NCBI GenBank assembly: GCA_963765495.1
Contig: CAVXWP010000003.1
Span: 192,001-256,000, forward strand
DNA: 64,000 nucleotides
Origin: Blastocatellia bacterium
Lineage (GTDB): Bacteria > Acidobacteriota > Blastocatellia > UBA7656
Direction: 5' to 3'
This document shows positions 47,741-58,068 of the stretch, in pieces; position 1 is the first letter of the stretch; each line of letters opens with the position of its first letter. The position numbers and the translations under genes were made by a program. Below the pieces are notes generated by a model. The model was given only the letters and a program-made list of their open reading frames with translations. It was not told the origin of the DNA and ran no database searches.

Positions 47741-49075
47741 CTATTGAGGCAGATCGGTGCTTCGAAGGATTTTATATCTGTTCATTTTTCTGTAAAGCGT
47801 CATCCTCGACCAGTGGAGTTTGTCAGCGGCGCGAGTCTTATTCCAGTTTGTGGCGACAAGCGCGCGTATCATAAGCTCGCGCTCATCGGAACTGGCGCAG
47901 GTTATGTCCGACAGGTGTCGCTTGATATGTTCCGGGAGGTCTATAATATCAACTCTCCTGCCCCGAAGATTGACAAAGGTCGCCTCGACCACGTTCTTGA
48001 GTTCTCGAACGTTTCCCGGCCAGGTATGCGACAGAAGCAGGTCCATCGCTTCGTCTGTGAACCCTTCAACGCGCGTGCCGAATGATCCGTTCATCCGTTT
48101 GACATAATAGGCAAGCAAAATGGGGATATCCTCGATCCGCTCTCTCAGCGAGGGCAGATGCACGCGCACTACGTTGAGGCGATAGTACAGATCACGACGG
48201 AAGCGTTTCTCTTCGACTGCGGTATCGAGATCCTGATTGGTTGCGGCCAGTATTCGAACATTTAACGGCAATGGCTTATTACTGCCCAACCGATAAATTT
48301 CCTTGCCGTCGAGGGCGCGCAACAGCTTGGCCTGAACCGAAGCGCTGATATCGCCTATTTCATCAAAAAAGATGGTCCCGGAATTGGCGAGCGCCAGTTT
48401 GCCGCGATAGGCGAATTGGGCTCCGGTAAAGGCACCCTTTTCGTGCCCGAACAACTCGCTTTCCAGCAACGAATCCGGGATGGCTGTGCTGTTTAAACAG
48501 ACAAAAGGTTTGTTTGAGCGCGGGCTGTTTGCGTGAACCAGTTCGGCTACGAGTTCCTTTCCCGTGCCGGTCTCGCCCGTGATCAGGACGTTGCTTGTCC
48601 ATTTACTCAATCGCTTGATAAGAGAGCGCAGGGCATTAAGAGCCGGGCTGTTTCCGATCAGTCTTTCACCGCCCGCCAGCGCGCAGCCCTCATTGGCTTG
48701 TTTGCATCGTTGATCATCGGTTGATAGCAGTTCAGCAAGAGCGGCCAGAATCTCTTGTTGCGATAGCGAATCTTTCAGATACCGATTTACGCCTGTGTTG
48801 AGGGCCTCGATTGCCAGATCCTCGGAGCTTTCCGCCACTATCAGCATAACGCGCACTCTCTCTTTCAATCGGCGAAGTTTGCGGGCGAATTCAAGCGCAG
48901 GGCAGGCGCTGCCCTGCGGAACACCGATGATAACCGCTTCTGGACGCAGGGACGAGAAGATTTCCAATGCGTCGGTGTAATCGGGGGAGCAAAACAGATC
49001 AAATCCACACTGCGACATCATCTCTGTGATAACCGAGCGGACAGACCCAACGACCAAGATTCTGGAATCCAACAT
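47741..49075 (-). CDS. Sigma54-dependent activator with degenerate (pseudo-)receiver domain
   Basis: Motifs [31 protein letters not shown] and HTH. The receiver lacks the acidic residues (ILVVGS; AVIIG). AGGAG precedes ATG 49075. Confidence 0.92.
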   Translation of the reverse strand: MLDSRILVVGSVRSVITEMMSQCGFDLFCSPDYTDALEIFSSLRPEAVIIGVPQGSACPALEFARKLRRLKERVRVMLIVAESSEDLAIEALNTGVNRYLKDSLSQQEILAALAELLSTDDQRCKQANEGCALAGGERLIGNSPALNALRSLIKRLSKWTSNVLITGETGTGKELVAELVHANSPRSNKPFVCLNSTAIPDSLLESELFGHEKGAFTGAQFAYRGKLALANSGTIFFDEIGDISASVQAKLLRALDGKEIYRLGSNKPLPLNVRILAATNQDLDTAVEEKRFRRDLYYRLNVVRVHLPSLRERIEDIPILLAYYVKRMNGSFGTRVEGFTDEAMDLLLSHTWPGNVRELKNVVEATFVNLRGRRVDIIDLPEHIKRHLSDITCASSDERELMIRALVATNWNKTRAADKLHWSRMTLYRKMNRYKILRSTDLPQ

Positions 49076-49763
49076 GACATACTTCTCCTGTGCATATTCA
49101 GCGTCGTTTACGCCTGATGGCCTAAATCCAGGCAAATATCATCCCACTTGTTGAAAGTAATTCTTTTGACCTGTTTCATCTCTTTCACAGCCGATCTCAG
49201 GGCGGAATATTTGTGGTGAGGTCTATTTTACGCCGGGGTTACTTGCTTCCTGACACAATGCTGCTTCTGTTATTTCAGGTCTTGTTTTACTTGAGGTGTA
49301 GTCATAATGCCATTCACTTTAGTGGAGTTGGTCTAACACTGTGTGCCAATCAGCATTCAGATGGCCCGCATAATACATGGACGCAAAAGGATAATAAAAC
49401 ATTTCAAAATGATGCCGACTTATTCAGATCTGACGGTTGAAGAGATGATAGCGCTTTCGCAGGTCATAGTGTTATTGCGATTGCATTTAGCCGAAGGGAG
49501 GACCCGAATACATTTCCTTGTGGTTGTCCGAATCGCCCGCAACTACCAATGATGCGCTTCGCACACGGCGGGCGATGACTGTTATCGCGCAAACGAGGGT
49601 CTCGGGCAGAAACAGACCCTGTCTCCCTGATGGCGGACCAGGCAGTTCTTTCTACACGGCATCGAAGTCTATTATTGTGCCATTCACATCAGGTTTCCTG
49701 CCAAAGGTCATAAGTTATTTCTTCAGAAAAAGCGTCGAGACAAATCGCGTCCCGTGTGGCGAT

Positions 49764-51386
49764 TTAGCCGGGAGAATCATTTGTCGTAGAGAAGTCCGAT
49801 TTAATGCTGCGAAACCTGTTTTCGATCATTTGAGAATCGGGTGGATTGCCTTGACGATTAATAATGTCGAGCGCCTGCTGTCCGGTCGAACTCCAGTGCC
49901 TGGCTTCGTGCGGATAGCGTCTTGAGCTATCGTAAGCCTTGTCCGCCTCTGAATAATTACCGAGTAAGACGTGCGCTTCCGCCCTGGTCGCCTCAGACCA
50001 GTAACCGGGTTTCTCCAGACCCTCGCATATCCGTAGAACGTCGTTCGCCAGAGCACTATAGTCGCTTCCTCCAAGCGCAAAGCTCATATAGGCCGTGTTT
50101 ATTCCATTATAAAATTTCTGATCAGTATCGGACCTTGCTGTTGCAGATTCGTAAGCCGTCTTATACAGATCATAAACCTTCCATCCGAGCGAGACAGCGC
50201 TGCGACTCTTAAGCCACTGTCGCTTGAATCGCCCGGCAAGAATCCCCTGGGTTTCAGGATCATTTTGCACTTGAGGATCTAATTGCTTCAATCGAGCCAC
50301 CGCCCCGGCGATGTCGCCTGCGCCGGATAATGCGATTGCCAGTTGCTGGACCGCCTGCGCATCCGAAGCAAAGGGGCGCGATCCGTCATCGGGCATCTGA
50401 AACTCTACATATCGGGTAAGCAAAGCGACCGCCTGCTCGTATCGTTCGTTGTCAAGCAACGCGAGTCCCAGCACCTTATCCACAGGCGGCATGTGTAACT
50501 GGCTGCTCAGGCGCTCCTTTGCCAGATCAACAAGGATATCAACGTCCCCCAATTCTGCTGCTGCCTGCACGCGTTTCATTTCCCTGATCGCTTCATCGCT
50601 TTCCCCGTAAATCAGTCTTCGTTCGGATGCCGTGAGGCTGGGCCGAAGAAGGCGGTTCTTAAGAAGCTGGTAAGGCAAATCTCCGACAATCGCAGGCTTG
50701 ACCACTTCGGTATGATTACCCGGGGCAAGCTCGTGCTCGTCGAATGGAAAGGGATCGAGTGAGCTTTCCTGCGGCACAAACTCGTCTTTCATACCCGCAA
50801 CCAGGGTGAGTCGAAACCGGGCAATTCGGTTCGGGTCGGATCGCTTATCGTCTATCATTTGAGTCCATCCGCTCCGAAGTTTTTGGATAAAAGGCCCGTA
50901 GTCGTCCATATCCGCTATCTGGTTCTTCAGAAAACCGCCCCATCTCGCCTTCTTCAATCCGCCGCTTGGAGTTGCATAAAGAATTATTTCGGTGATACGG
51001 TCCAGGTAATCACGCGCATTATTTGCGATCTCTTCAAGTATAAAGGCTTGAATAACCAGCCCGCCCATACTGTGACCCACAAGAATAATTCTCTTATAGT
51101 CTCTGGCGTAGGTGTTTAGAAGAGTTCGCAGTCCCTTGCCAATAGTCTCTATGTTGGGATCGTTTTCCCAGAAATATTTCGTTATCGCGTATCTCAATTT
51201 AAGCTCGGATGGATAGCCCCAGAAGTAAAAGTCATAATTACCAAGCTTACCGTCGTGCGCTAACAGGGCATCGAAGCCCTTCCATGTGTCAACGGCCCCT
51301 CCGGTAAAGCCGTGGACAAAGATTACCACGGCTTCCTTCTCGGCAGAGTCGTGGTTTGTGACAAGGTGTGGGTTATCTATAGACAT
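49764..51386 (-). CDS. Alpha/beta hydrolase fused to a TPR-S / MAP3K TRAF-binding-like (DUF4071-like) domain
   Basis: Hydrolase motifs FVHGFTG, VGHSMGG, ATPSGG, D.FV and NH. C-terminal ETQGILAGRFKRQW, YNGINTA and YWSEATRAEA. Confidence 0.8.
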   Translation of the reverse strand: MSIDNPHLVTNHDSAEKEAVVIFVHGFTGGAVDTWKGFDALLAHDGKLGNYDFYFWGYPSELKLRYAITKYFWENDPNIETIGKGLRTLLNTYARDYKRIILVGHSMGGLVIQAFILEEIANNARDYLDRITEIILYATPSGGLKKARWGGFLKNQIADMDDYGPFIQKLRSGWTQMIDDKRSDPNRIARFRLTLVAGMKDEFVPQESSLDPFPFDEHELAPGNHTEVVKPAIVGDLPYQLLKNRLLRPSLTASERRLIYGESDEAIREMKRVQAAAELGDVDILVDLAKERLSSQLHMPPVDKVLGLALLDNERYEQAVALLTRYVEFQMPDDGSRPFASDAQAVQQLAIALSGAGDIAGAVARLKQLDPQVQNDPETQGILAGRFKRQWLKSRSAVSLGWKVYDLYKTAYESATARSDTDQKFYNGINTAYMSFALGGSDYSALANDVLRICEGLEKPGYWSEATRAEAHVLLGNYSEADKAYDSSRRYPHEARHWSSTGQQALDIINRQGNPPDSQMIENRFRSIKSDFSTTNDSPG

Positions 51387-51523
51387 AATATAATTCTCCT
51401 TTCAATCGGCCTGCTGACAGGCGGGCAAAGACGTTGCCTCTCTTATATAAACTCAATTCTCAGCTTCAACCATTTTGCTTTAACCATTTTGCCCGACCAC
51501 AAACACCTGTTGAGCAGGGGATG

Positions 51524-54505
51524 TTACGGTTTCAGCCGTCGCGGCTTTGACCTCTTTCCCAGATATCTGATCTGGTCTTCAATTATTAGTTGCATCCCGT
51601 CATTGATTTTAGCTGCGATTTCGAGGGCTTTTTTATAAGCGGCCAACGCCTCTTGCGTTTTATTCAGGCTGGCCAGAGCGTAGCCGATTGAGTAGTTCGT
51701 CCGCACCTGTTTCTTGAGATTACCCCCCTCCTCGTAAATAGCTAGTGCTGCACGAAGGGATGTCAGAGATTCATTCTTAAGATTCAGATAAAACTCGCTC
51801 TCACCAATATTCAGTAGCAACTCGGCTTGCTTGTCACGATCCCCCAGACCCTCGTGGATCGCAAGCGCTTGTTTGTAATATCCCAGCGCCTTCCGCGAGT
51901 ATTCTGCTTTTATAAGAGGGTTCTCCGGTTTCTCGTTTGGAAATACCCTTCCCAGTTCAAGGTAATATTTCCCAATCGCTTCAAGAGCCTGCGCTTCCTC
52001 TTTGCGTTTGCCCGTATCTCTATAAAGTTTAACTGCATGTTCAAACCGCTCGGTAGCCTTCGCATCGTTTTTCTGCGCTTGATAGCTCTTTCCAATCTGG
52101 ATCAACATCGCTACAAATGCATCCCGCTGTTTCTGAACCTGTGTTTGATCCTGAGCCTGTTGCTCGATCAGAGCTTCAAACAGGGGTATTGTTTGCTCGT
52201 AGTAGATTGTAGGATCGCTCTTAATCTTTTCCCCCGTACAATCGAGAGCCTCAAGACTTTCCTTCTTTGCTTTTGGTTCGCCCTCATTGCTAACTCTCAA
52301 CTCTCTCCCAATTAGATCACCGAGCTTAGATAGAATTGAAACTTGCCCTTCGAGGTTTCCGCTATTTCTGTAATCTCCCTGCGCCTCACAAAAATATTCC
52401 AGCGCTTTCTTGGTGCGCTCTTTAACAGGCTCCTTTTCTCCCTTTATAGGGTCCTTTTCTACTATTGGGTCTTCTCCCCATCCATCGTCATCTGAATCAT
52501 CGGGACCAAAAAGTTGCCGATTATCCTTGCTGAAGTAGACGCCAAGGTCGGCCAATGCGGCAGCCGAGCCGTTAAAAACACGTCGCCCCCGGTAATTGTC
52601 AATCGCTTTTTGGTAGTACTCCAAGCCTGATTTTTGTTGAGAATCTGCATCGCGTATCTCAATATCCTCCTTTGATGTATTTTTTTGATTGAGCAGCATC
52701 CTGCCGAGTTCGGTGTAGGTAAAAGCGACGCCGTCTTCATCGCCAACTCTTTCGTATCCTTTTATCGCTTTAAGAAAAGCTTGTTGCGCTTTTTCTATAT
52801 TGAATTCCTCAAGATATTTTGTGGCTTCGCGGTGCTGCCTGTCCGCCTCCCGTGTTCCGTAAGCATATAAAACAGCCAGGATTGCAAGCACCATAACTAT
52901 TGATAATGCCAGTAAAAATATGCGCAGCCGCTTGAGTTCGCGCTGGCGGGCGGCAGCCTTTTCTTCACGCTCCCTGTGCTCTCGCTCCACATCGTCTTTG
53001 CGCTTCCGTTCGCTTTTATCAAGGAACTCCATAGCGAGTGCGAATTCCGGGTGATACCGCCTCGCCCAGGCTTCATTGGGCTGGCGCTTCTTTCGCCAAT
53101 CCAGGGCGAGTTGTAGCGCCGGATCAACCCAGAGCGAGACCGCATATTTCTGATGACGAAGGGCATCACCGACCAGTCTCAAATACAGTTCTCTGGATTC
53201 GGCTTCGGCATCCACCCAGTTGCGCAGCGTCTCCCACTGGCGGATAAGGCTTTCGTGAGAGATGTCAACGAGCGAATCGCCCTTGAGCGGGTCTTCCGAT
53301 AACGTGAGAAAATCTCGATTATTGCAGCGAAAACGCTCGATAATCTCCAGAATCTTTTCGCGGCTTGCCCCGGTGAGAGCTTGCAGTTCGCTCAGGTGAG
53401 CGGGTCTGCGGACGCGGCGTCCGCTGGCATCGGTTTCGGTCAGGCCCTGAAACATGCGCTCTGTTGTAATCAAATCCTCCTTGCTCATGTCCTTCAATGC
53501 CTTATCGGCATCTTGAGAGAGAGCATCTTTGATCGTGCCAATCGCGTTATAATCGTTGAGGTCTATTGGCCCATTTTTCTCTTCTCGCCATTTTTCCCAT
53601 GTGCGCATCAAGGCGTGCTGCATGACAGGCAATTGATCCGACTCCTCGCCTACATCGTTGAGCACGCGATCCAGAAGACTGGACGCGATCTCTTCTCCAT
53701 ACAACCGGACAGGGCTTTCAATAACCTCTTGACGTTGCTGGCGCGTAAGCCTCGGCACAAGGTACTGACTGCGATTCATAGCTTCCGGCAACCCGTAGAA
53801 GGCATCGCAGTCCCCGAGAAAATCGGAACGCATCGTCATTACGACGTAAACCGGCAAAGCCTTCTGCTCAGTCAGGCCCAGCATGATCGAAACAAAATCG
53901 GCGGCCTCGTCGCGGCGCTTCTCTTTTTCATCGTCTCCAATGTTCGGCGCGTCTTTTCCAGCGTACAAACCGAACCGAAAAATCTCTTCGAATTGGTCAA
54001 TGAGCAAGAGGAAATTGGTATCTGATTGTCCCAGCCGTGGCGTCAAGTATTCAATGACAGCTTTCACGCCGGAAAGCCGTATTGCCTCAGACATCTCCCG
54101 TATGCGTTCATTTGTTGTCACTTCTGAGAAGGCTTGCAGCAGGGCCGCTACCAGATTTTGCAACGGCGAGTCGCCGGGCTTCATTATTGCTATGCCCCAC
54201 TTATCACGCCGCTCAACCAGAAACCCGGCCTTCAGCTTGGGGATCAGTCCTGCCCGAATCAGCGATGACTTACCCGATCCCGAACTCCCAACGACTGCCA
54301 GGAAGCGCGTTCGATGCAGTTGCTGTAACAGCTCGACAACCTGCCCGCGCCGCCCAAAAAATAGAAGCGCTTCCGTGCTCTGGAATGGTCGCAAACCGAC
54401 AAAAGGGTTTGCCGACAATCCAGTAGCATCAGAACGCTGTGCGCTCTCGCTATCGAGCGAAGTTATCTCGCTCGTGGCGTTCAAAGATATGGCCTTCATT
54501 TCCAT
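51524..54505 (-). CDS. nSTAND1 NTPase with one TM helix and C-terminal TPR repeats
   Basis: Motifs NPFVGLRPF..FFGR, GSSGSGKSS, IDQFEEIF, MRSDF, LPVMQHAL and ISHESLIRQW; TM segment IFLLALSIVMVLAILAVLYAY; TPRs. Confidence 0.9.
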   Translation of the reverse strand: MEMKAISLNATSEITSLDSESAQRSDATGLSANPFVGLRPFQSTEALLFFGRRGQVVELLQQLHRTRFLAVVGSSGSGKSSLIRAGLIPKLKAGFLVERRDKWGIAIMKPGDSPLQNLVAALLQAFSEVTTNERIREMSEAIRLSGVKAVIEYLTPRLGQSDTNFLLLIDQFEEIFRFGLYAGKDAPNIGDDEKEKRRDEAADFVSIMLGLTEQKALPVYVVMTMRSDFLGDCDAFYGLPEAMNRSQYLVPRLTRQQRQEVIESPVRLYGEEIASSLLDRVLNDVGEESDQLPVMQHALMRTWEKWREEKNGPIDLNDYNAIGTIKDALSQDADKALKDMSKEDLITTERMFQGLTETDASGRRVRRPAHLSELQALTGASREKILEIIERFRCNNRDFLTLSEDPLKGDSLVDISHESLIRQWETLRNWVDAEAESRELYLRLVGDALRHQKYAVSLWVDPALQLALDWRKKRQPNEAWARRYHPEFALAMEFLDKSERKRKDDVEREHREREEKAAARQRELKRLRIFLLALSIVMVLAILAVLYAYGTREADRQHREATKYLEEFNIEKAQQAFLKAIKGYERVGDEDGVAFTYTELGRMLLNQKNTSKEDIEIRDADSQQKSGLEYYQKAIDNYRGRRVFNGSAAALADLGVYFSKDNRQLFGPDDSDDDGWGEDPIVEKDPIKGEKEPVKERTKKALEYFCEAQGDYRNSGNLEGQVSILSKLGDLIGRELRVSNEGEPKAKKESLEALDCTGEKIKSDPTIYYEQTIPLFEALIEQQAQDQTQVQKQRDAFVAMLIQIGKSYQAQKNDAKATERFEHAVKLYRDTGKRKEEAQALEAIGKYYLELGRVFPNEKPENPLIKAEYSRKALGYYKQALAIHEGLGDRDKQAELLLNIGESEFYLNLKNESLTSLRAALAIYEEGGNLKKQVRTNYSIGYALASLNKTQEALAAYKKALEIAAKINDGMQLIIEDQIRYLGKRSKPRRLKP

Positions 54506-54508
54506 TAG

Positions 54509-56011
54509 CTACCTTCCTACAAATGTATCCAGAAGATTCGCCAATATTTCTGGTTTATCGAAGAGAAATACAGGAACAGAGCCGGGAAAGACTCCCAGAC
54601 TAATCTGTCGAGCCTCTCCCTGACCGTCGATGGGTGCCAGATAAATCCCGCAGAACTTCAAGGAGCATCTGTCAGCTATGGCTATTTGCAGCGCAGATAT
54701 AAGTCGTTCGCGGACCCAATCGCCCGCGACCTGACCAAAAATAATGATCAGTATGCTCACCCGTTTTAGCATTTCTTGAAAAAGCGCGATGTTCTTCTGC
54801 GGGTCATCCTCTTCGGGGCTGATGAAAGGCATCACTTTTCGTTTGAGGAGAAATTTGCCCAGATCGAGGGCATAGAGTTGATCTTTCAGATGAGTGTCCA
54901 CCAAAGCGGCGGAAGGGGGAGTCTCTGTTCTTTTCTTTTCTGCCTGTATGCGGTTGACTTCTGCCAGAATTTCGCGCGCAATCGAGCCGGAAGACTCTCG
55001 AATAAATCTGTAAGTGGATTGATCCCTGTCTCCGTTTTCCAATTGAGCCAGAAAATTCCTTTGGCCTTCATCTTCAATCGTCTGAATATCGAGCGTCTTG
55101 GGTATCCAGATCAATTGCGACCTGGCATGCTGTTTCCCTATTTCAACCTGCTTCTGGTAATAAGTTTTATCCGGCTCGTCTTGCACTTCCGTACCCGATG
55201 CGCCGTCAAGCAGATGGACGGACAAACCCGCCCTGCTGATTTCATCTATAACCACTTTTTCGTGCTGTAGGGCTGGATAAGGCGGAGGCAAATCGGTAAC
55301 GACCTGTAAGCCGTTTTGACGCAATTCCTCAACTACGCGTCTCCTGGTGCCGCGCAAATCCCCTTCTGCATGCGCCAGAAATATCGAAAACGGATTATCT
55401 TCGGGCGTTATCCTATTCGGATCAGGCACAGGCGGCTTCGGTTCAACAATCTTTTTTAGAGCCTCCAAGGTCGCCTGAATCTCGTCAACCAGTTGTCGAA
55501 GCTGGCGCTCAAAAAGCTCGCCGTCCTGATGCGAAGGGAGCCCGACTTGATCCTTTCTCTGAGCATCATGAAATGGCAGCCCGCTAGTTCCAGCCATCTC
55601 GACAGGCCAATCATCAGGTAGAATGTTATAAAGTAGGATGTTGAACAATCGCGAGCGGGCATCGATCTTCAAGCCAAAAGCATCGGCCCGCGCCTTGTTG
55701 TGGAAACTCTTCAGCTCTTTTAGACAATAGCTTTCCGGGTTAAAGTACCCTCTGGAAGTAAGAGCCAGGAAAAGACCCGACTTATTAATGCCTGTTTCAA
55801 TAGCTTCGTCGAAAAAAGTGCTTCCGCCTATCTCCCGTGTATCACGCCAAATCTTGACGACACCTACTCTGCCGAAGCGCTTCGAAAGTTCGATTTCGAG
55901 GTATTCATGAAATAGAGTGATCCAGCCTTTGTCCTTACCCGGAGGCTTTTGATCATCTACGCGGGCATAGCTGATAAATATGTCATACTCGAACGAGGAT
56001 AAATATGCCAT
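54509..56011 (-). CDS. TIR-domain protein (TIR plus two further TIR/DUF4062-like folds)
   Basis: YDIFISYA..D, IWRD and S.YCLKEL; later IFLAHA...LSVHLL and ILIIIFG..WV. Confidence 0.85.
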   Translation of the reverse strand: MAYLSSFEYDIFISYARVDDQKPPGKDKGWITLFHEYLEIELSKRFGRVGVVKIWRDTREIGGSTFFDEAIETGINKSGLFLALTSRGYFNPESYCLKELKSFHNKARADAFGLKIDARSRLFNILLYNILPDDWPVEMAGTSGLPFHDAQRKDQVGLPSHQDGELFERQLRQLVDEIQATLEALKKIVEPKPPVPDPNRITPEDNPFSIFLAHAEGDLRGTRRRVVEELRQNGLQVVTDLPPPYPALQHEKVVIDEISRAGLSVHLLDGASGTEVQDEPDKTYYQKQVEIGKQHARSQLIWIPKTLDIQTIEDEGQRNFLAQLENGDRDQSTYRFIRESSGSIAREILAEVNRIQAEKKRTETPPSAALVDTHLKDQLYALDLGKFLLKRKVMPFISPEEDDPQKNIALFQEMLKRVSILIIIFGQVAGDWVRERLISALQIAIADRCSLKFCGIYLAPIDGQGEARQISLGVFPGSVPVFLFDKPEILANLLDTFVGR

Positions 56012-56655
56012 AACTTTGCTCCTGAATCTCTACACCACTCCTTCATTATCTAGTGAGTTTTTTCCCAGACTATTTCGGAATCGTGTAATCTATCGCCTCG
56101 GTATCGAATCAGGAATCAGATAGGCTTCCCCGCTTATGAGCGCTGAAAGTAAGTCTATCTTTGAATCACTGAAAGTAATGGTAGCAATCTGGTCAATTCT
56201 GCTTATCTGAGAATTCGAGTGCGCTTTCTGTAGAGATCATTTTACCCTGTTTCGAAGGCTTGCCTGTTTATCAAGCGTGTAGAAGTTTGAGCCAGGAACA
56301 GCCCCGCCTAACATTCTGCCGCCCGATGGACGTTGTCGCTTCCCTGACAACGGTAATAATTGTCTTTCATCTTAATCGAACTCTTGTTTAATCCTAGCAG
56401 GCACTAAAACTCTCAATTAGTTCCAACGGATATTTGTAGTCATACTGCAAACGTCGGAGATTGAGTATAGAAACAGAAAAGGACCACCTGTAAACAGGGT
56501 TCTTTATATCACAAAATCAGAATGTAATCCATTGAAATTGATGCGGTTTCGTGGCGGGTGTGAACCTCGATTAGAGAAGAGGCCGCGAGATCTGAGTTAC
56601 ACCTGTTTTGAGCTTAGAAAAGAATGATCGAAACTCGTTAGAGCCAGGGTTTTCT

Positions 56656-58068
56656 TCAAAAGCTTTCCGAACCCTTCGGGCCTGAAGACTGATCGCGCAA
56701 AACGGCGAGATCACGGATGGCGGCGCATATTTGTGCCGCGACCGTCGCCTCGTCTTCGTCTATGTTGGCAAAGAGTCTGAGCACATCCGGCCAGTCCGGC
56801 CTCCGGTAGAAACGAAACATCGCCTCCGGATCGAAATTGAGATCGTTGTCAATCGGACAGATCAACCCGCGCGAGACAAACTCGTGGAGGTCGGGGGAAC
56901 CATAATCCATGTCCGATACATAACCGCTCGGACGCCCCGCAGTCACTGCCTCGACAAGCACGCTAGAGTTGCCTGCGAGGACGATATCCGACCTCTTTAT
57001 GTCCTGAAATACCGTACCGCCGGGGCTCAGGCGCAATCGGGTCTTGCCGCGCGACGAGACCCATTCCTCGGCCCCTTTCCAGAGGTTCTTCGGATGCAGA
57101 CGCACAAGGATGCGCGATACACGCGAGTCGCCGAGGATACGCTCGACGATCAGGCGCATGCGTTTTTCGTTTACGTCTTTGCAAAGGAATATCCCGACAG
57201 TCAGACGCTCAGGGAGCGGCCCCGCAGGCATCGGCTGATAATGCTGCTTCCTGCCGTGGATGAGAACACGATCTATCCGGCAGCCCCCGTCGAGGTATGT
57301 CTGTCGCGCGGCTTCGCAATGCACCACCGCAAGATCGTAGGAGAGCCGCGCAACGGGCCGCACAGGCATGCCGTGCGTAATGAGAGCGACCGGAACGCCG
57401 CACTTTCGAGCCGCCAGGTTGAAGGCGATGCCGTGCGGATTGCTGTGGTTCGATGTCACCGCAAGGCAGTAGCGCCCGCTATGGAAGATGCCAAGATAAC
57501 GCGAGTAATAGCAGATGAGTTCGACTACGCGGAGAACTTTGAAAAACTCGTAACGATGATGTAACCTGCGCGCGAGCCTGAGAACGCGTTGCCAGTCTGA
57601 ACCGAGGTTGCGGGCAAGCGCAAGAAATGCCGAGGCGTCGGGCCACCCGCGAAATTTCAACTCGCTCCAAAACAGTTCCGGCAGCAGCGGCGGCAGCGTC
57701 TCGACTGCCCGGCGCTCGTTGCCGAGCCGGGCGATCCACACAGCGCCGCCCCGACGATTACCGCCACCTATTTCGAGAAATCTCATCACTCCGTCGAGGA
57801 GAGCGATCACGGCAGGAGCCGAGGTTTCACGCTCTCGTTCGACCCATTCGGCCCCGGCCTGCAAATAGCGGTCTTGCGAAATGATAAAGCGCGCGATCCC
57901 CTCAACTGCCTCGGCCCCGTCGCATTCGAGCAGGCTCCTGATGCCGCGACAAAGCAGCCAGTCGCGCGCGCTGTTCGCAGCCGTGTCGCCTGCTGTTCGC
58001 GTGTGCCCCGCAGGGTTTTTTGAATCGCTTTCTCTATGAGCTTTCTCGTCTCTCATCCGTTCGCACAT
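56656..58068 (-). CDS. Hypothetical surface-polysaccharide biosynthesis protein (GT-B-like)
   Basis: Motifs ITHG, VRLHPK and SDIVLAGNSSVLVEAVTAGRP; TAATG overlap with the upstream gene. Confidence 0.55.
   Translation of the reverse strand: MCERMRDEKAHRESDSKNPAGHTRTAGDTAANSARDWLLCRGIRSLLECDGAEAVEGIARFIISQDRYLQAGAEWVERERETSAPAVIALLDGVMRFLEIGGGNRRGGAVWIARLGNERRAVETLPPLLPELFWSELKFRGWPDASAFLALARNLGSDWQRVLRLARRLHHRYEFFKVLRVVELICYYSRYLGIFHSGRYCLAVTSNHSNPHGIAFNLAARKCGVPVALITHGMPVRPVARLSYDLAVVHCEAARQTYLDGGCRIDRVLIHGRKQHYQPMPAGPLPERLTVGIFLCKDVNEKRMRLIVERILGDSRVSRILVRLHPKNLWKGAEEWVSSRGKTRLRLSPGGTVFQDIKRSDIVLAGNSSVLVEAVTAGRPSGYVSDMDYGSPDLHEFVSRGLICPIDNDLNFDPEAMFRFYRRPDWPDVLRLFANIDEDEATVAAQICAAIRDLAVLRDQSSGPKGSESF

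Noticed and set aside
49140-49760. Short ORFs (49213, 49343, 49518) or a riboswitch upstream of the activator
   Set aside because: No RBS, motif or recognisable riboswitch consensus; probably promoter or spacer DNA.
56012-56655. Long AT-rich intergenic region as a hidden ORF or ncRNA
   Set aside because: Only very short ORFs in the frames I read and no convincing repeats or structure.
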